This document shows positions 52,555-63,489 of a DNA stretch of 64,000 nt, in pieces. The notes beneath the pieces are model-generated. The model was not told the origin of the DNA. It did not search any database and worked only from the letters and a program-made list of their open reading frames with translations. Made by a program: the position numbers and the translations under genes. The stretch's first letter is position 1; every line of letters begins with the position of its first letter. Source of the stretch: SAR86 cluster bacterium (GTDB lineage Bacteria; Pseudomonadota; Gammaproteobacteria; Magnimaribacterales; D2472); contig QOPI01000002.1 in the NCBI GenBank assembly GCA_003331645.1, forward strand, positions 10,512 through 74,511. The letters are read 5' to 3'.

Positions 52555-53799
52555 ATGACTAAAATTAACTCACTTAGAGGCATGCCAGATTTATATTCAG
52601 ATGATTTGATTAGCTGGACGTCAGTAGAAAATAACCTTGAAAATATATTTAAATCTTATTCACTCAAAGAATTAAGAACGCCTATATTGGAATACACTGA
52701 TTTATTTAAAAGATCTGTTGGCGATACATCAGATATTGTTAATAAAGAAATTTATGCATTTAATGATAGAAATGATCAAAGTATTAGTCTTCGTCCAGAA
52801 GGTACTGCAGGCGTCATTAGATCGATTATTGAAAAGAAATTAGATCAACAACAATCAAAAATTTGGTATATGGGACCCATGTTTCGTTATGAACGTCCAC
52901 AAAAAGGAAGATATAGACAATTCCATCAAGCTGGAATAGAGCTACTTGGGTATGAAGAAGGCCCAGCAGATTTTGAGATGATATCGATCGTTTCCTCAAT
53001 TATTAATGAATTAAAAATTACAGATGTAAAACTTAAAATTAATCATTTGGGCGATAATGAATCTAAAGCAAAATTCTCAAGATCTCTTGTTAAATTTTTA
53101 GATCCTTACAAAAAAGAATTAGATACTAAAGACCAAATCAGGCTTGAAAAAAATCCCTTAAGAATTCTTGACACAAAAGATACAAATTTACAAAAGATAT
53201 TACAAGAGGGGCCTTCTATAAAAGAATTTATATCCGATTCTGCCAATGAATTGCTTTTAGAGCTTCAGACAACATTCAGCAATTCTTGTAAATTAGAGAT
53301 TGATTATAATCTTGTTCGTGGCCTTGATTACTATACCGGGTTGGTATTTGAGGCCTCTTCTGCAGATCTAGGAGCTCAAGATGCTTTTATTGGAGGGGGA
53401 AGGTATGACAATCTTTCTAGTATGCTTGGAGGCAAGAATCTCCCAGCAATTGGTCTTGCGATAGGGCTAGAGAGATTAATATCAATTTCTTCCCCTAACA
53501 AGGCAGATGAAAAAAAGGTTATCTTTATAACTTCTACTAGTAATATTGCCCCATTAGCATTTAAAATAGCCAACCAACTGAGATCTTTAAATTCATCTGT
53601 TGCATTAGATATGGATTTAACCGATAGCAGTCTAAAAGCTAAACTGAGGAGAGCTAACAAGACAAATGCTAGTCATGCATTAATTCTTGGAGATAAGGAA
53701 ATAGATAGTAAAAATATTATTATTAAATCTCTTATGGATGATACGGAACAGGTTAGTGTAAGCATTGAGGAATGTTTAGATTTTTATAATAAGATCTAG
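52555..53799 (+). CDS. hisS: Histidine--tRNA ligase
   Basis: 414 aa. GMPDLYS, FRYERPQKGRYRQFHQ and GGGRYD motifs. Confidence 0.96.
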   Translation: MTKINSLRGMPDLYSDDLISWTSVENNLENIFKSYSLKELRTPILEYTDLFKRSVGDTSDIVNKEIYAFNDRNDQSISLRPEGTAGVIRSIIEKKLDQQQSKIWYMGPMFRYERPQKGRYRQFHQAGIELLGYEEGPADFEMISIVSSIINELKITDVKLKINHLGDNESKAKFSRSLVKFLDPYKKELDTKDQIRLEKNPLRILDTKDTNLQKILQEGPSIKEFISDSANELLLELQTTFSNSCKLEIDYNLVRGLDYYTGLVFEASSADLGAQDAFIGGGRYDNLSSMLGGKNLPAIGLAIGLERLISISSPNKADEKKVIFITSTSNIAPLAFKIANQLRSLNSSVALDMDLTDSSLKAKLRRANKTNASHALILGDKEIDSKNIIIKSLMDDTEQVSVSIEECLDFYNKI

Positions 53800-53821
53800 T
53801 TAAAAATATAAGGATATAAAA

Positions 53822-54469
53822 ATGGCTGAATACAGTAATGATGAAGAAAGACTAGCAGCTATAGCTGATTTTTTTAAGCATTATAAAAATCTTATCTTGT
53901 CTTTATTAATATCTACCTCTGTAATAGGTATAGGCGCATTTGGAATTAAATATACTAATGATTCTAATAATGCAGCTGCATCTAAAATTTATGCAGAGTG
54001 GCTCAAGGGCATTAATCAAGAGGGGATTAATATAATTAATGAAAATCTATACTACGATGATTTAATTAATAATTATGAATCTACAGGCTTTGCTCAACTT
54101 GCCATGTTTAAAAAAGCTTCGGCATTAGCTGCAAATTCTGAACTCGATGAGAGCGAACTATATTTTAAAGAATTAATAAGCATTAGTAATGGATTCTTTG
54201 GCAATGAGCTTATTAATAAAATGGCAAGAGTAAGCTTAGCTAGAATACTCATATCAAAAGAAAATTTTAACGGTGCTTTAAAAGTTATTGAAAACTTGAT
54301 GACTGGCTCTGATCCTTTTATAAATGAATTAGCAGGAGATGCTTTAATAGGTCAAAATAAACAAGATCTAGCTATTGAGCAATATAACTTAGCTAAAGAT
54401 TTGTATGGAGATGATGCATCCAAAAATATTGTTATTATGAAACTAAATAATATTCAACCTGTCTTATAG
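53822..54469 (+). CDS. yfgM: YfgM-family membrane-anchored TPR-like protein
   Basis: 215 aa with a single TM segment near the N-terminus. Conserved hisS-yfgM-bamB-der position. Confidence 0.75.
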   Translation: MAEYSNDEERLAAIADFFKHYKNLILSLLISTSVIGIGAFGIKYTNDSNNAAASKIYAEWLKGINQEGINIINENLYYDDLINNYESTGFAQLAMFKKASALAANSELDESELYFKELISISNGFFGNELINKMARVSLARILISKENFNGALKVIENLMTGSDPFINELAGDALIGQNKQDLAIEQYNLAKDLYGDDASKNIVIMKLNNIQPVL

Positions 54470-55738
54470 ATGATTATGAAATATTTATCACACTTATTAA
54501 TTCTTATACTATTAAGCTCATGTTCTAGCTTGGCTTTTTGGGATAATCAAGAAGAGGATGTTGAGCCAGAAGAGACCGCAGAGACTATTGGCATAATTGA
54601 TAGACTTACTTTTTGGAATAATGGTGATGATGAAATTGACTTATCTGAACCAAAATTATTAGAAGATGTTATTAATCAAGAAGAGCTTTCATTAAATTGG
54701 AAAATTTCTTTACCTTCAGAAAGAAGTGCAACTGATTTTGTGCCTAACTTTTCAGGAAAAGGAGATAATAAATTAGGATCATTCATGCCAGCTTTTTCTG
54801 GTAAAACAATTTTTATTTCTAACAATGATGGTGCAGTTGGATCTTATGATCAGTCTTCAGGTAAAAAAAATTGGAATGTTCAAATAACACCTCTTTCTTC
54901 TGGCATCTCTGCGGGTTTTGGAGTTCTTGTAGTAGCTGGTTCTCAAGGGGAATTAATTTGTTTATCTCAGGCTGATGGCTCTATCATATGGTCAATTAAT
55001 ATTGGTGCTGAGGTTTTGGCGCAAGCTGCAATTGATGCAAAATATGTTTTAATTAAGACTAGTTCAGGTGAGTTAAATGCTTATAGTATTGATGATGGGA
55101 CAAAGGCATGGTCTTATAGATCACAATTACCTGCTTTAACCTTAAGAGGAAGTAGCCCTCCAGTTATAGAAGAAGGCATAGTATATGCAGCTTTTGATAA
55201 TGGAAGACTCGGTGCTTTTCAGATTGATACTGGATTCTTAATATGGGATGGAGCAATTTCCTACGTTGAAGGCACATCTGAGTTAGATAACATGATAGAT
55301 GCCGATGCAGCTCCAGTTCTTGAAGGTGGTTTGTTGTTCATAGCAAATTATCAGGGACAGATTGCTGCTTTTGATCCTGCACAAAGAAGAATAGTTTGGG
55401 CAGATAAAGCTTCATCATTTTATTCACCTATTATTTCAAAAGGTGTTTTAGCAATTCTTGAAAGCAACTCAACCTTTAAAACATATTCTATTAAAACTTT
55501 TAATGAATCATGGAATAATGATGAGTACTATTTAAGAGACCTTTCAAATCCTGAAATATATAAAGGAAATATTGTTGTAGGAGATTTTGAAGGCTATATC
55601 CATGTAATAAATACTTTAAACGGCAAAACAATTAGTCGGATGAAGTTAACTAGAAGTCCAATAAAAACAATTGTTGCAAGAGCTGAAAATGTTTATATTA
55701 TCGATGAAACATTTAATTTGTATTCAATAAGCCTATAA
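54470..55738 (+). CDS. bamB: Outer membrane protein assembly lipoprotein BamB
   Basis: 422 aa. Lipobox LLSSC. Repeated W-containing PQQ-like propeller blades (KKNWNV, GSIIWS, TKAWSY, FLIWDG, RRIVWA). Confidence 0.9.
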   Translation: MIMKYLSHLLILILLSSCSSLAFWDNQEEDVEPEETAETIGIIDRLTFWNNGDDEIDLSEPKLLEDVINQEELSLNWKISLPSERSATDFVPNFSGKGDNKLGSFMPAFSGKTIFISNNDGAVGSYDQSSGKKNWNVQITPLSSGISAGFGVLVVAGSQGELICLSQADGSIIWSINIGAEVLAQAAIDAKYVLIKTSSGELNAYSIDDGTKAWSYRSQLPALTLRGSSPPVIEEGIVYAAFDNGRLGAFQIDTGFLIWDGAISYVEGTSELDNMIDADAAPVLEGGLLFIANYQGQIAAFDPAQRRIVWADKASSFYSPIISKGVLAILESNSTFKTYSIKTFNESWNNDEYYLRDLSNPEIYKGNIVVGDFEGYIHVINTLNGKTISRMKLTRSPIKTIVARAENVYIIDETFNLYSISL

Positions 55739-55752
55739 AATGTTGAATAAAA

Positions 55753-57132
55753 ATGTTTACTTCAATAGCAATCATCGGTCGTCCTAACGTAGGCAAATCT
55801 ACACTTTTTAATAAACTAACCAAAACACGTCAGGCTATAGTCTCTGATTTTCCTGGGCTTACAAAAGATAGAAATTATGGATATATAAGTCTTGGTAGCA
55901 TCAAGAGCTTTGTAATAGACACAGGTGGAATAGGCAAAGATGAATCTAATATATCCCAAGATATTTCTGACCAAGCATGGATAGCTGCTAATGAATGCAA
56001 CTTAATATTGTTTATATTAGATGGATCTGAGAATTTAACTTCTGAAGACTTTAATATCTTAGTTAAGTTAAGAAAACTGAATAAAACCTTCATAACACTT
56101 TTAAATAAATCTGATAAATTATCTAAACAAGGTGCTATAAATGATATTGCCTCTAAAGGCATTAATAATTTTATTGAAATAAGTGCTGAGCATTCTAGAG
56201 GAATAGATGAGTTGAAGAAAAGCTTAATCAAGCTGTTACCTGAGGAAACAGAAGAAAGAGAAGAGCAGGGTAAAAAAATAGCTGTACTTGGAAGGCCTAA
56301 TGCGGGTAAATCTACTTTTATTAATAACTTTATTAAAGAAGACAGATTGATAGTTTCTGAAGTAGCTGGAACCACAATCGATGCTATTCGAATACCTTTT
56401 TCAATAGATGGAAATGACTTCACTTTTATAGATACTGCCGGAATTAGAAAAGGCTACAAACAAAATCATAAAGTAGAATATTTTTCATATGTCAGAGCCA
56501 TGCATGCTGTTGAAGAGAGTGATGTAATATTATTTTTAGTTGACTCTGAAGAAAGTTTAGTAGATCAAGATTTAAAATTAATAAATATTATTACCGAACA
56601 AGGAAAGCCGCTTTTAATAGGTTTAAATAAAGTTGATCTATTAACAAAATCTGAAAGATCTCAAATTTATGATACTAAAAGATTACAATCAAATTTCTTA
56701 CAAGACTTTATTAAGGTAGAGGTATCTGGAAAAAAGGGAATAGGATTTAAGAGATTATTTAGAATTCTTAATAGCATTATAAAAAAATCACAGACTAATT
56801 ACACGACAGCTCTTCTAAACAAACATTTAAATAAATTCATAGAAAAAAGCGCACCGCCTTCAGTATCCGGTAGACAACTTAAATTAAGATATGTACATTT
56901 TGGAGGAACTAAGCCAACAACCTTAATTATTCACTCTAATCAAGATAAAAAAATTCCAAAGAATTATCAAAAATATTTAGAAAATTCATTTAGAGAAGCT
57001 TTAGGTTTAAAAAGCATACAATTGAGGATAATTTTTAGAAAATCTGATAATCCATTTGATGGGAAAGTTAATAAATTAACTGAAAGACAAATAAAGAAGA
57101 AAAAAAGACTAATGAAACATGTTAAAAAATAA
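55753..57132 (+). CDS. der: Ribosome-assembly GTPase Der (EngA)
   Basis: 459 aa. Two G domains (GRPNVGKSTLFN and GRPNAGKSTFIN) plus a KH-like basic C-terminus. Confidence 0.96.
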   Translation: MFTSIAIIGRPNVGKSTLFNKLTKTRQAIVSDFPGLTKDRNYGYISLGSIKSFVIDTGGIGKDESNISQDISDQAWIAANECNLILFILDGSENLTSEDFNILVKLRKLNKTFITLLNKSDKLSKQGAINDIASKGINNFIEISAEHSRGIDELKKSLIKLLPEETEEREEQGKKIAVLGRPNAGKSTFINNFIKEDRLIVSEVAGTTIDAIRIPFSIDGNDFTFIDTAGIRKGYKQNHKVEYFSYVRAMHAVEESDVILFLVDSEESLVDQDLKLINIITEQGKPLLIGLNKVDLLTKSERSQIYDTKRLQSNFLQDFIKVEVSGKKGIGFKRLFRILNSIIKKSQTNYTTALLNKHLNKFIEKSAPPSVSGRQLKLRYVHFGGTKPTTLIIHSNQDKKIPKNYQKYLENSFREALGLKSIQLRIIFRKSDNPFDGKVNKLTERQIKKKKRLMKHVKK

Positions 57133-57193
57133 ATCAAAACTAAATAATTCACGCTTTACTATTCAAAATGTAGTATAACTACACATTAAAAGT

Positions 57194-57222
57194 AAAAAAA
57201 AGCCCGTTTTAAAAGCTTTTTT
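57194..57222 (+). terminator. Weak terminator-like A/T hairpin after der
   Basis: AAAAAAAAGC (57194-57203) can pair with GCTTTTTT (57215-57222) around an 11-nt loop. Only two G-C pairs, so it is weak. Confidence 0.25.
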
Positions 57223-57363
57223 ACATCAGTTGACGCTATTTATATTTTCCTGAAGAATTCCCACTACAAGCACTGCATATATTCAAAAATAAATAGGATT
57301 TTATTTAAAGTATTACGTATAATTATTGTGTAATTTTAATGTATAAGGGAACATTTGTTACTA

Positions 57364-57747
57364 ATGAGTAATGACAATAGACCGGTCAATATAAATTTAA
57401 TGAAGATAAAGCTGCCCATAGCAGCTCTAGTATCAATAACGCATAGACTTGCAGGAATGTATATTTTTTTTGTAACTTTACCACTTTCAATATACTTGTT
57501 TAATTTATCAATATTGAGTGAATCATCATTTACTAATTTAGTGTATATACTATCAACAAATATATTAATATCAACATTTGTTTCTTTTTCATATCTGGTA
57601 CTTTTTTATCATATATTGACTGGTGTTAGGCATTTAATTATGGACATGCATATTGGAGAATCACTTAGTGCAAGTAGAGCATCTTCAATATTAGTAATTA
57701 CTATTTGGTTTTTAACTGTAATATATATTTTAGCTTTGGTATTTTAA
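57364..57747 (+). CDS. sdhC: Succinate dehydrogenase cytochrome b556 subunit
   Basis: MSNDNRPVNINLMKIKLPIAALVSITHRLAG aligns with the E. coli SdhC N-terminus (RPVNLDL...ILHR). The ATG at 57364 is preferred over the TTG at 57355 in the ORF track. Confidence 0.9.
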   Translation: MSNDNRPVNINLMKIKLPIAALVSITHRLAGMYIFFVTLPLSIYLFNLSILSESSFTNLVYILSTNILISTFVSFSYLVLFYHILTGVRHLIMDMHIGESLSASRASSILVITIWFLTVIYILALVF

Positions 57748-57749
57748 AG

Positions 57750-58109
57750 ATGAAGGGTTCTACGTTATGGTATTTGCAAAGATTTAGCTCAATTCTGATT
57801 CTAGTCTATGTCACTTATATTGCTTATTTTATTCTTGGATTTGAACAAATCTCATATATTACATGGATGCAATTCGTAGAGACTTATTTATTTAAAATAT
57901 CTACTTCACTCACTTTTTTAATTATCTTAACTCATTCATATATTGGTTTATGGACAGTTGGTACTGATTATCTAACCTCAAGAACTTTAGGCTTCTTAAG
58001 TATGAGTCTTTCTGAAATAGCTAACTCATCAAGACTTATTTATAACGTTTTTTTTAGTGGTATGGGAATAATCTTATACATATATTTACTTTTTTTAGTT
58101 TGGATATAA
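57750..58109 (+). CDS. sdhD: Succinate dehydrogenase membrane anchor subunit
   Basis: 119 aa from the ATG at 57750, 2 nt after the sdhC stop. HSYIGLWTVGTDYL aligns with E. coli SdhD HAWIGMWQVLTDYV. The ORF-track start at 57705 would overlap sdhC. Confidence 0.88.
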   Translation: MKGSTLWYLQRFSSILILVYVTYIAYFILGFEQISYITWMQFVETYLFKISTSLTFLIILTHSYIGLWTVGTDYLTSRTLGFLSMSLSEIANSSRLIYNVFFSGMGIILYIYLLFLVWI

Positions 58110-58112
58110 TTT

Positions 58113-59900
58113 ATGACAAATACTATTAGTTCTAAAAATATTAAGACTCTAGAATTTGATGCTTTAATTATTGGCGGCGGCGGATCTGGAATGAGAACTT
58201 CTTTAGAGTTAGCTAAATCTGGATTAAAAACTGCTGTTGTCTCAAAAGTTTTTCCCACTAGATCTCATACTGTATCTGCTCAGGGTGGTATTACATGTGC
58301 AATCCAAAGCGCAGATCCAAATGACGATTGGAGATGGCATATGTACGATACCGTAAAGGGTGCAGATTTTATTGGCGATCAAGATGCGATTGAATATATG
58401 TGTTCAGAAGGACCTAAAGCTGTGTTTGAATTAGAGCACATGGGTCTACCTTTCTCTAGGTTCGATAATGGAAGAATTTATCAAAGGCCTTTTGGTGGCC
58501 AATCAAAAGATTTTGGAAATGGTGGTCAAGCTGCAAGAACTTGTGCAGCTGCTGACAGAACAGGCCATGCGTTGCTCCATACTTTATATCAAAATAATGT
58601 TAAGGAAGGCTCAAATTTTTTAAATGAATGGTTTGCTGTGGATTTAGTAAAAAACTCTATGAACGAAGTAACAGGTGTAATTGCTTTTTCAATTGAATCT
58701 GGTGAAGTTGCTCATTTAAAAGCACAGGCAACTGTCTTGGCAACAGGAGGCGCTGGAAGAATCTATGCATCAACTACTAATGCATTAATAAATACTGGTG
58801 ACGGCCTTGGAATGAGTTTGCGATCTGGTTTTGCCGCTCAAGATATGGAAATGTGGCAATTTCATCCTACAGGCATATATGGAGCTGGCTCTTTAGTAAC
58901 AGAAGGTTGCAGGGGTGAAGGAGGCTATTTAATAAATGGTGATGGCGAAAGGTTTATGGAAAGATATGCACCTAATGTTAAAGATTTAGCTGGTCGAGAT
59001 GTTGTTGCAAGATCAATGGTTCTTGAAATACTTGAAGGTAGAGGATGCGGAGAAGATAAAGATCATGTTTATTTAAAACTTGACCATCTTGGTGCTGATG
59101 TTTTAAATTCAAAACTTCCGGGTATTTGTGAATTATCTAAAACTTTTGCTCATGTTGATCCTGTTTATCATCCAATTCCAGTTGTTCCTACATGTCATTA
59201 TATGATGGGGGGAACCCCAACTAATATTCATGGTCAGGCGTTTACAAGAAGAAATTCTGAAGATGTTATTGTTCCTGGCCTATTTGCCGCTGGTGAAGCT
59301 GCATGTGTTTCTGTACATGGGGCTAATAGGCTTGGCGGCAACTCACTACTTGATTTAGTTGTTTTTGGAAGAGCAGCAGGCATGTTTATTGAAAAAGAAC
59401 TTAGGTCTGGAGGTGGTGTAAATTCAGCTTCTCATTCAGATATTGATGAATCTTTAGAGAGGCTTAATAAATTAAATGAATCTAATGGAGGTTTTGATGT
59501 TGCACCTGTTAAGAAAGAACTTCAAACATGTATGCAAAATTATTTTGGTGTATTTAGAAGAGGTGAGTTTATGGAAAAGGGAGTTGCTGAGCTAGAAGCT
59601 ATAAGAGAAAAAGCTGAAAATCTTCATCTTAGTGATAAAAGTATTGCTTTTAATACAAGCAGAGTTGAAGCATTAGAATTACAAAATTTATTAGAGGTTG
59701 CAGAAGCTACCGCAATCTCAGCACTGAATAGAAATGAAAGTCGCGGAGCACATGCTCGTGATGATTTTCCTGAAAGGGATGATAATAATTGGTTGTGCCA
59801 TTCTATTTTTGATCCCAATGATAAATCCTTATCAAAGAGAGTTGTAAATTTTGCTCCAACTACTATGGATGCATTTCCACCAAAAGTTAGAGTGTATTAG
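58113..59900 (+). CDS. sdhA: Succinate dehydrogenase flavoprotein subunit
   Basis: 595 aa. FAD fold [10 protein letters not shown], covalent-FAD site [21 protein letters not shown]. Confidence 0.97.
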   Translation: MTNTISSKNIKTLEFDALIIGGGGSGMRTSLELAKSGLKTAVVSKVFPTRSHTVSAQGGITCAIQSADPNDDWRWHMYDTVKGADFIGDQDAIEYMCSEGPKAVFELEHMGLPFSRFDNGRIYQRPFGGQSKDFGNGGQAARTCAAADRTGHALLHTLYQNNVKEGSNFLNEWFAVDLVKNSMNEVTGVIAFSIESGEVAHLKAQATVLATGGAGRIYASTTNALINTGDGLGMSLRSGFAAQDMEMWQFHPTGIYGAGSLVTEGCRGEGGYLINGDGERFMERYAPNVKDLAGRDVVARSMVLEILEGRGCGEDKDHVYLKLDHLGADVLNSKLPGICELSKTFAHVDPVYHPIPVVPTCHYMMGGTPTNIHGQAFTRRNSEDVIVPGLFAAGEAACVSVHGANRLGGNSLLDLVVFGRAAGMFIEKELRSGGGVNSASHSDIDESLERLNKLNESNGGFDVAPVKKELQTCMQNYFGVFRRGEFMEKGVAELEAIREKAENLHLSDKSIAFNTSRVEALELQNLLEVAEATAISALNRNESRGAHARDDFPERDDNNWLCHSIFDPNDKSLSKRVVNFAPTTMDAFPPKVRVY

Positions 59901-59909
59901 GAATTTTTA

Positions 59910-60650
59910 ATGTTAGAAATAAATTTATATAGATATAACCCTGAGAAGGATAAGTTTCCCTTCATGCAGCAATATCAAATTGAGAAGCCAAAAAAAGATA
60001 TTATGGTTTTAGATCTTTTGCATTTAATAAAAGAAGAAGATAATTCTTTATCTTTTCGTAGATCATGTAGAGAAGGCGTTTGCGGATCGGATGGCATGAA
60101 TATTAATGGAAAGAATGGATTAGCATGCATAACTCCTCTTTCGGATGTCTTAAAGGGTAATAAATTAGAAATTAGACCGCTTCCTGGCTTACCAGTTATT
60201 AGAGATTTAGTTGTTGATATGACAGAATTTTATAATCAGTATGAAAAAATTAAACCATTTTTACAGAATGATTCTGAGCCGCCTGCACAAGAAAGACTTC
60301 AATCGCCAGAAGACAGAGATAAGCTAGATGGTTTATATGAATGCATTCTCTGCGCATGTTGTTCTACAAGCTGTCCTTCATTTTGGTGGAATCCTGACAA
60401 ATTTGTAGGCCCAGCTGCCTTACTACAAGCCTATAGATTTTTAGCTGATACAAGAGATTTGGAAAAAGATAGCAGGTTAGATGCTTTATCAGATCCGTTT
60501 AGTGTTTATAGGTGTCATGGAATAATGAATTGTGTTGCTGCATGTCCTAAAGGTTTAAATCCAAATAAAGCTATTGGCGAAATAAAATCTATGCTTTTAA
60601 AAGGAAAAAATTCTAAAAATTTAATAGCATCAGATGGAGCAACAAAATAA
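59910..60650 (+). CDS. sdhB: Succinate dehydrogenase iron-sulfur subunit
   Basis: 246 aa. Cys clusters [34 protein letters not shown] and [12 protein letters not shown]. Confidence 0.97.
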   Translation: MLEINLYRYNPEKDKFPFMQQYQIEKPKKDIMVLDLLHLIKEEDNSLSFRRSCREGVCGSDGMNINGKNGLACITPLSDVLKGNKLEIRPLPGLPVIRDLVVDMTEFYNQYEKIKPFLQNDSEPPAQERLQSPEDRDKLDGLYECILCACCSTSCPSFWWNPDKFVGPAALLQAYRFLADTRDLEKDSRLDALSDPFSVYRCHGIMNCVAACPKGLNPNKAIGEIKSMLLKGKNSKNLIASDGATK

Positions 60651-60654
60651 AACG

Positions 60655-63489
60655 ATGGCGTATGATATGGAAAAATATTGGAATGATTCTCATACTTCTG
60701 CAGGCCATTCGTCTTATCTAGAAAGTTTATATGAATCTTATATAGAAAATCCTGCTAGTGTCTCCATAGAATGGAGAAACTTTTTTGATGATCTACCTCA
60801 CATTAATGGTTCAAATAAAGATATATCTCATCAAAGTGTTATAAATTCCTTCAAAAATTATAGAAGAGTTGCTTCAGCTGCATCAAATAAAAGTGAAAGT
60901 AATGACAAACAAGTTAAAGTAATACAGCTTATTCAAGCATATAGAAATAGAGGACATCAAGTAGCATCTATTGACCCACTAGGGATGATGGATAGGGAAC
61001 AAATTCCAGACTTAGACATTGAATATCATGGTTTATCAAAAGAAGATCTTCAGACTGTATTTAACACAGATACTTTAAGAATTGGCAAAGATGAAGCCAG
61101 TCTTCAAGAGATAATAAATTCTCTTCAGTCAATTTATTGTGGAGATTTAGGAGTTGAATATAATCATATAGTAGATATAGATGAAAGAAAATGGTTTCAA
61201 GAAAAGTTAGAGCTTAATGTTGGAAAATTGGACTTTAAAGATGATGAAAAGAAGTATATTTTTAATCGCTTAAACTCTGCTGAAGGCCTAGCTAAATTTC
61301 TTGCAGCAAAATATCCAGGAATGAAGCGTTTTGGCATTGATGGATGTGAATCATTAATACCATTGGTTGACGCATTAATTCAAAATTGCGGGATTTATGG
61401 CGCTAAACAAATATGTTTTGGTATGGCTCATAGGGGAAGGCTTAATTTATTAGTAAATGTTTTGGGTAAAACTCCTGCAGAACTATTTTCAGCTTTTGAA
61501 GAAGATTTTGAACTTTCCGGTTCAAGTACAGGCGATGTCAAATACCATTTAGGCTTTTCTTCAAATTTATTGACTCCAAAAGGTGAGGTGCATGTTTCTT
61601 TGTTCAATAATCCATCTCATCTTGAGATTGTAGATCCAGTTGTGCTTGGTTCTGTAAGAGCTAGACAAGATAGATTATATGATGAAAAAAGAGAGAAAGT
61701 TATTCCAATTTTAATTCATGGAGATGCATCATTTTCTGGTCAAGGTGTTGTTATGGAAAGCCTTCAAATGTCACAAACTAGAGGTTATGGAGTCGGAGGA
61801 ACATTGCATGTAATAGTTAATAATCAAATTGGTTTTACTACTAGTTATAAATATGATGCAAGATCTACTGAATATTCAACTGATGTTGCTAAGATGATTA
61901 ATGCCCCAATTATTCATGTAAATGGAGATAATCCTGAAATGGTAGTCCAAGCTGCAAAAATAGCATGTGAGTATAGGCATAAATTTGGTAAAGACATAAT
62001 CCTTGATTTATTTTGTTACAGAAGAAGAGGTCATAATGAAGCTGATGATCCTTCTGCAACTCAGCCATTAATGTATGAAAAAATAGCTAAACATCCTTCA
62101 GTTCTGAAAATCTACGAAGAAAAATTAATAGCAGAAAAAATTATTTCAAAATCTGATTCTTTAGATTTTCAAAAAAAATATAGAGATTCATTAGAGGATG
62201 GTTCTTCTGTTGTTGGCAATCTTGCCATGAAGCCTAATGATGATTTATGGTTTGATTGGTCGCCTTATATGAATCAGAAATGGTGGGAAGAAACTAATAC
62301 CAAGTTCGAAGTTGGAAAGTTTCTAGAACTATCTGAAGTTATCACCAGCGCTCCTGAAAATTTTGTTCTTGGTAGGCAGGTTAAAAAAGTTTTTGATGAC
62401 AGGAAGCTTATGGCAAATGGTAAAGCGCCTATCAATTGGGGCTTTGCTGAATCTATGGCTTATGCAAGTTTACTTTCTGAAGGTTACCCAATCCGTTTAA
62501 CCGGTCAAGATGTTAGAAGAGGGACTTTTTCTCATAGACATGCAGCAATTTATAATGCAAAAGACGGCATGGGTCACATACCATTAGTAAGTATTGCAAG
62601 GGAAAGTTCTACAAGAATGGATATTTACGATTCATTTTTATCTGAAGAAGCTGTCTTAGGTTTTGAATATGGATATTCTGCAACCTGGCCATCTGGATTG
62701 GTAATATGGGAGGCTCAATTTGGTGACTTTGTTAATGGCGCTCAAGTAGTTATTGATCAATTTATTGTATCTGCTGAACATAAATGGGAGAGATTATCAG
62801 GATTAGTAATGTTATTACCTCATGGTTTTGAAGGACAAGGTCCGGAACATAGCAGCGCAAGGGTCGAAAGATTTTTACAATTATGTGCAAGTGAAAATAT
62901 TGAAGTATGCATTCCAAGTACACCCGCTCAAATTTTTCATTTATTACGAAGACAGGCTATAAGAAAAATGAGAAGGCCTCTAGTGGTAATATCTCCAAAA
63001 AGCTTATTGAGAAATCCATTAGTCACATCCACAGTGTCTGAATTAACTAATGGAGAATTTAAGAGAGTCATAGACGATAGTTTGGAAGAAAAATCAAAAG
63101 TTAAAAGGGTGATAATGTGCTCGGGCAAGGTTTATTATGATTTGTTGCAAAAAAGAGAAGAAAATAAAATTAAAGACATTGCATTAGTTAGAATAGAGCA
63201 ACTTTATTCATTTCCTTATGATGATCTAGAGAGTATTTTAGGAATTTATGATAATGCTAATGAATATGTTTGGTGTCAAGAAGAGCCAGCAAATCAAGGT
63301 GCTTGGTTTAGTCATAGACACAGACTCCAAAGAGTACTTGATAGATTTAATTCAAACCACGAAATTAATCTTATTAGCAGACCAGCTGCTGCGGCTCCAG
63401 CAGTTGGATTAATGAAATTACATTTAAAGCAACAAAATGAATTAGTTGTAAATGCTTTAATGTTAGAGCCTTCGGGAGAGAAAGAATGA
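60655..63489 (+). CDS. sucA: 2-oxoglutarate dehydrogenase E1 component
   Basis: ThDP-dependent E1o, about 944 aa. The ATG at 60655 places Trp at residue 9, as in E. coli SucA, and lies 4 nt after the sdhB stop. The ORF-track start at 60634 remains possible. Confidence 0.95.
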   Translation: MAYDMEKYWNDSHTSAGHSSYLESLYESYIENPASVSIEWRNFFDDLPHINGSNKDISHQSVINSFKNYRRVASAASNKSESNDKQVKVIQLIQAYRNRGHQVASIDPLGMMDREQIPDLDIEYHGLSKEDLQTVFNTDTLRIGKDEASLQEIINSLQSIYCGDLGVEYNHIVDIDERKWFQEKLELNVGKLDFKDDEKKYIFNRLNSAEGLAKFLAAKYPGMKRFGIDGCESLIPLVDALIQNCGIYGAKQICFGMAHRGRLNLLVNVLGKTPAELFSAFEEDFELSGSSTGDVKYHLGFSSNLLTPKGEVHVSLFNNPSHLEIVDPVVLGSVRARQDRLYDEKREKVIPILIHGDASFSGQGVVMESLQMSQTRGYGVGGTLHVIVNNQIGFTTSYKYDARSTEYSTDVAKMINAPIIHVNGDNPEMVVQAAKIACEYRHKFGKDIILDLFCYRRRGHNEADDPSATQPLMYEKIAKHPSVLKIYEEKLIAEKIISKSDSLDFQKKYRDSLEDGSSVVGNLAMKPNDDLWFDWSPYMNQKWWEETNTKFEVGKFLELSEVITSAPENFVLGRQVKKVFDDRKLMANGKAPINWGFAESMAYASLLSEGYPIRLTGQDVRRGTFSHRHAAIYNAKDGMGHIPLVSIARESSTRMDIYDSFLSEEAVLGFEYGYSATWPSGLVIWEAQFGDFVNGAQVVIDQFIVSAEHKWERLSGLVMLLPHGFEGQGPEHSSARVERFLQLCASENIEVCIPSTPAQIFHLLRRQAIRKMRRPLVVISPKSLLRNPLVTSTVSELTNGEFKRVIDDSLEEKSKVKRVIMCSGKVYYDLLQKREENKIKDIALVRIEQLYSFPYDDLESILGIYDNANEYVWCQEEPANQGAWFSHRHRLQRVLDRFNSNHEINLISRPAAAAPAVGLMKLHLKQQNELVVNALMLEPSGEKE

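Noticed and set aside
55875-56423. 182-aa ORF antisense to der, strikingly long for an AT-rich genome
   Set aside because: It lies entirely inside the well-supported der CDS. Its Leu/Ser/Ile-rich, low-complexity composition is typical of a stop-free shadow frame opposite a real gene. It has no recognisable motifs, ribosome-binding site or promoter.
57355-57749. ORF-track N-terminal extensions of sdhC (TTG at 57355) and sdhD (ATG at 57705, overlapping sdhC by 43 nt); likewise pyrG (TTG at 17635), iscS (TTG at 46618), iscA (ATG at 48256) and sucA (ATG at 60634)
   Set aside because: Alignment by eye with the E. coli N-termini favours the downstream ATG codons, which also remove long overlaps. 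The extended starts are not excluded, but they are less parsimonious.
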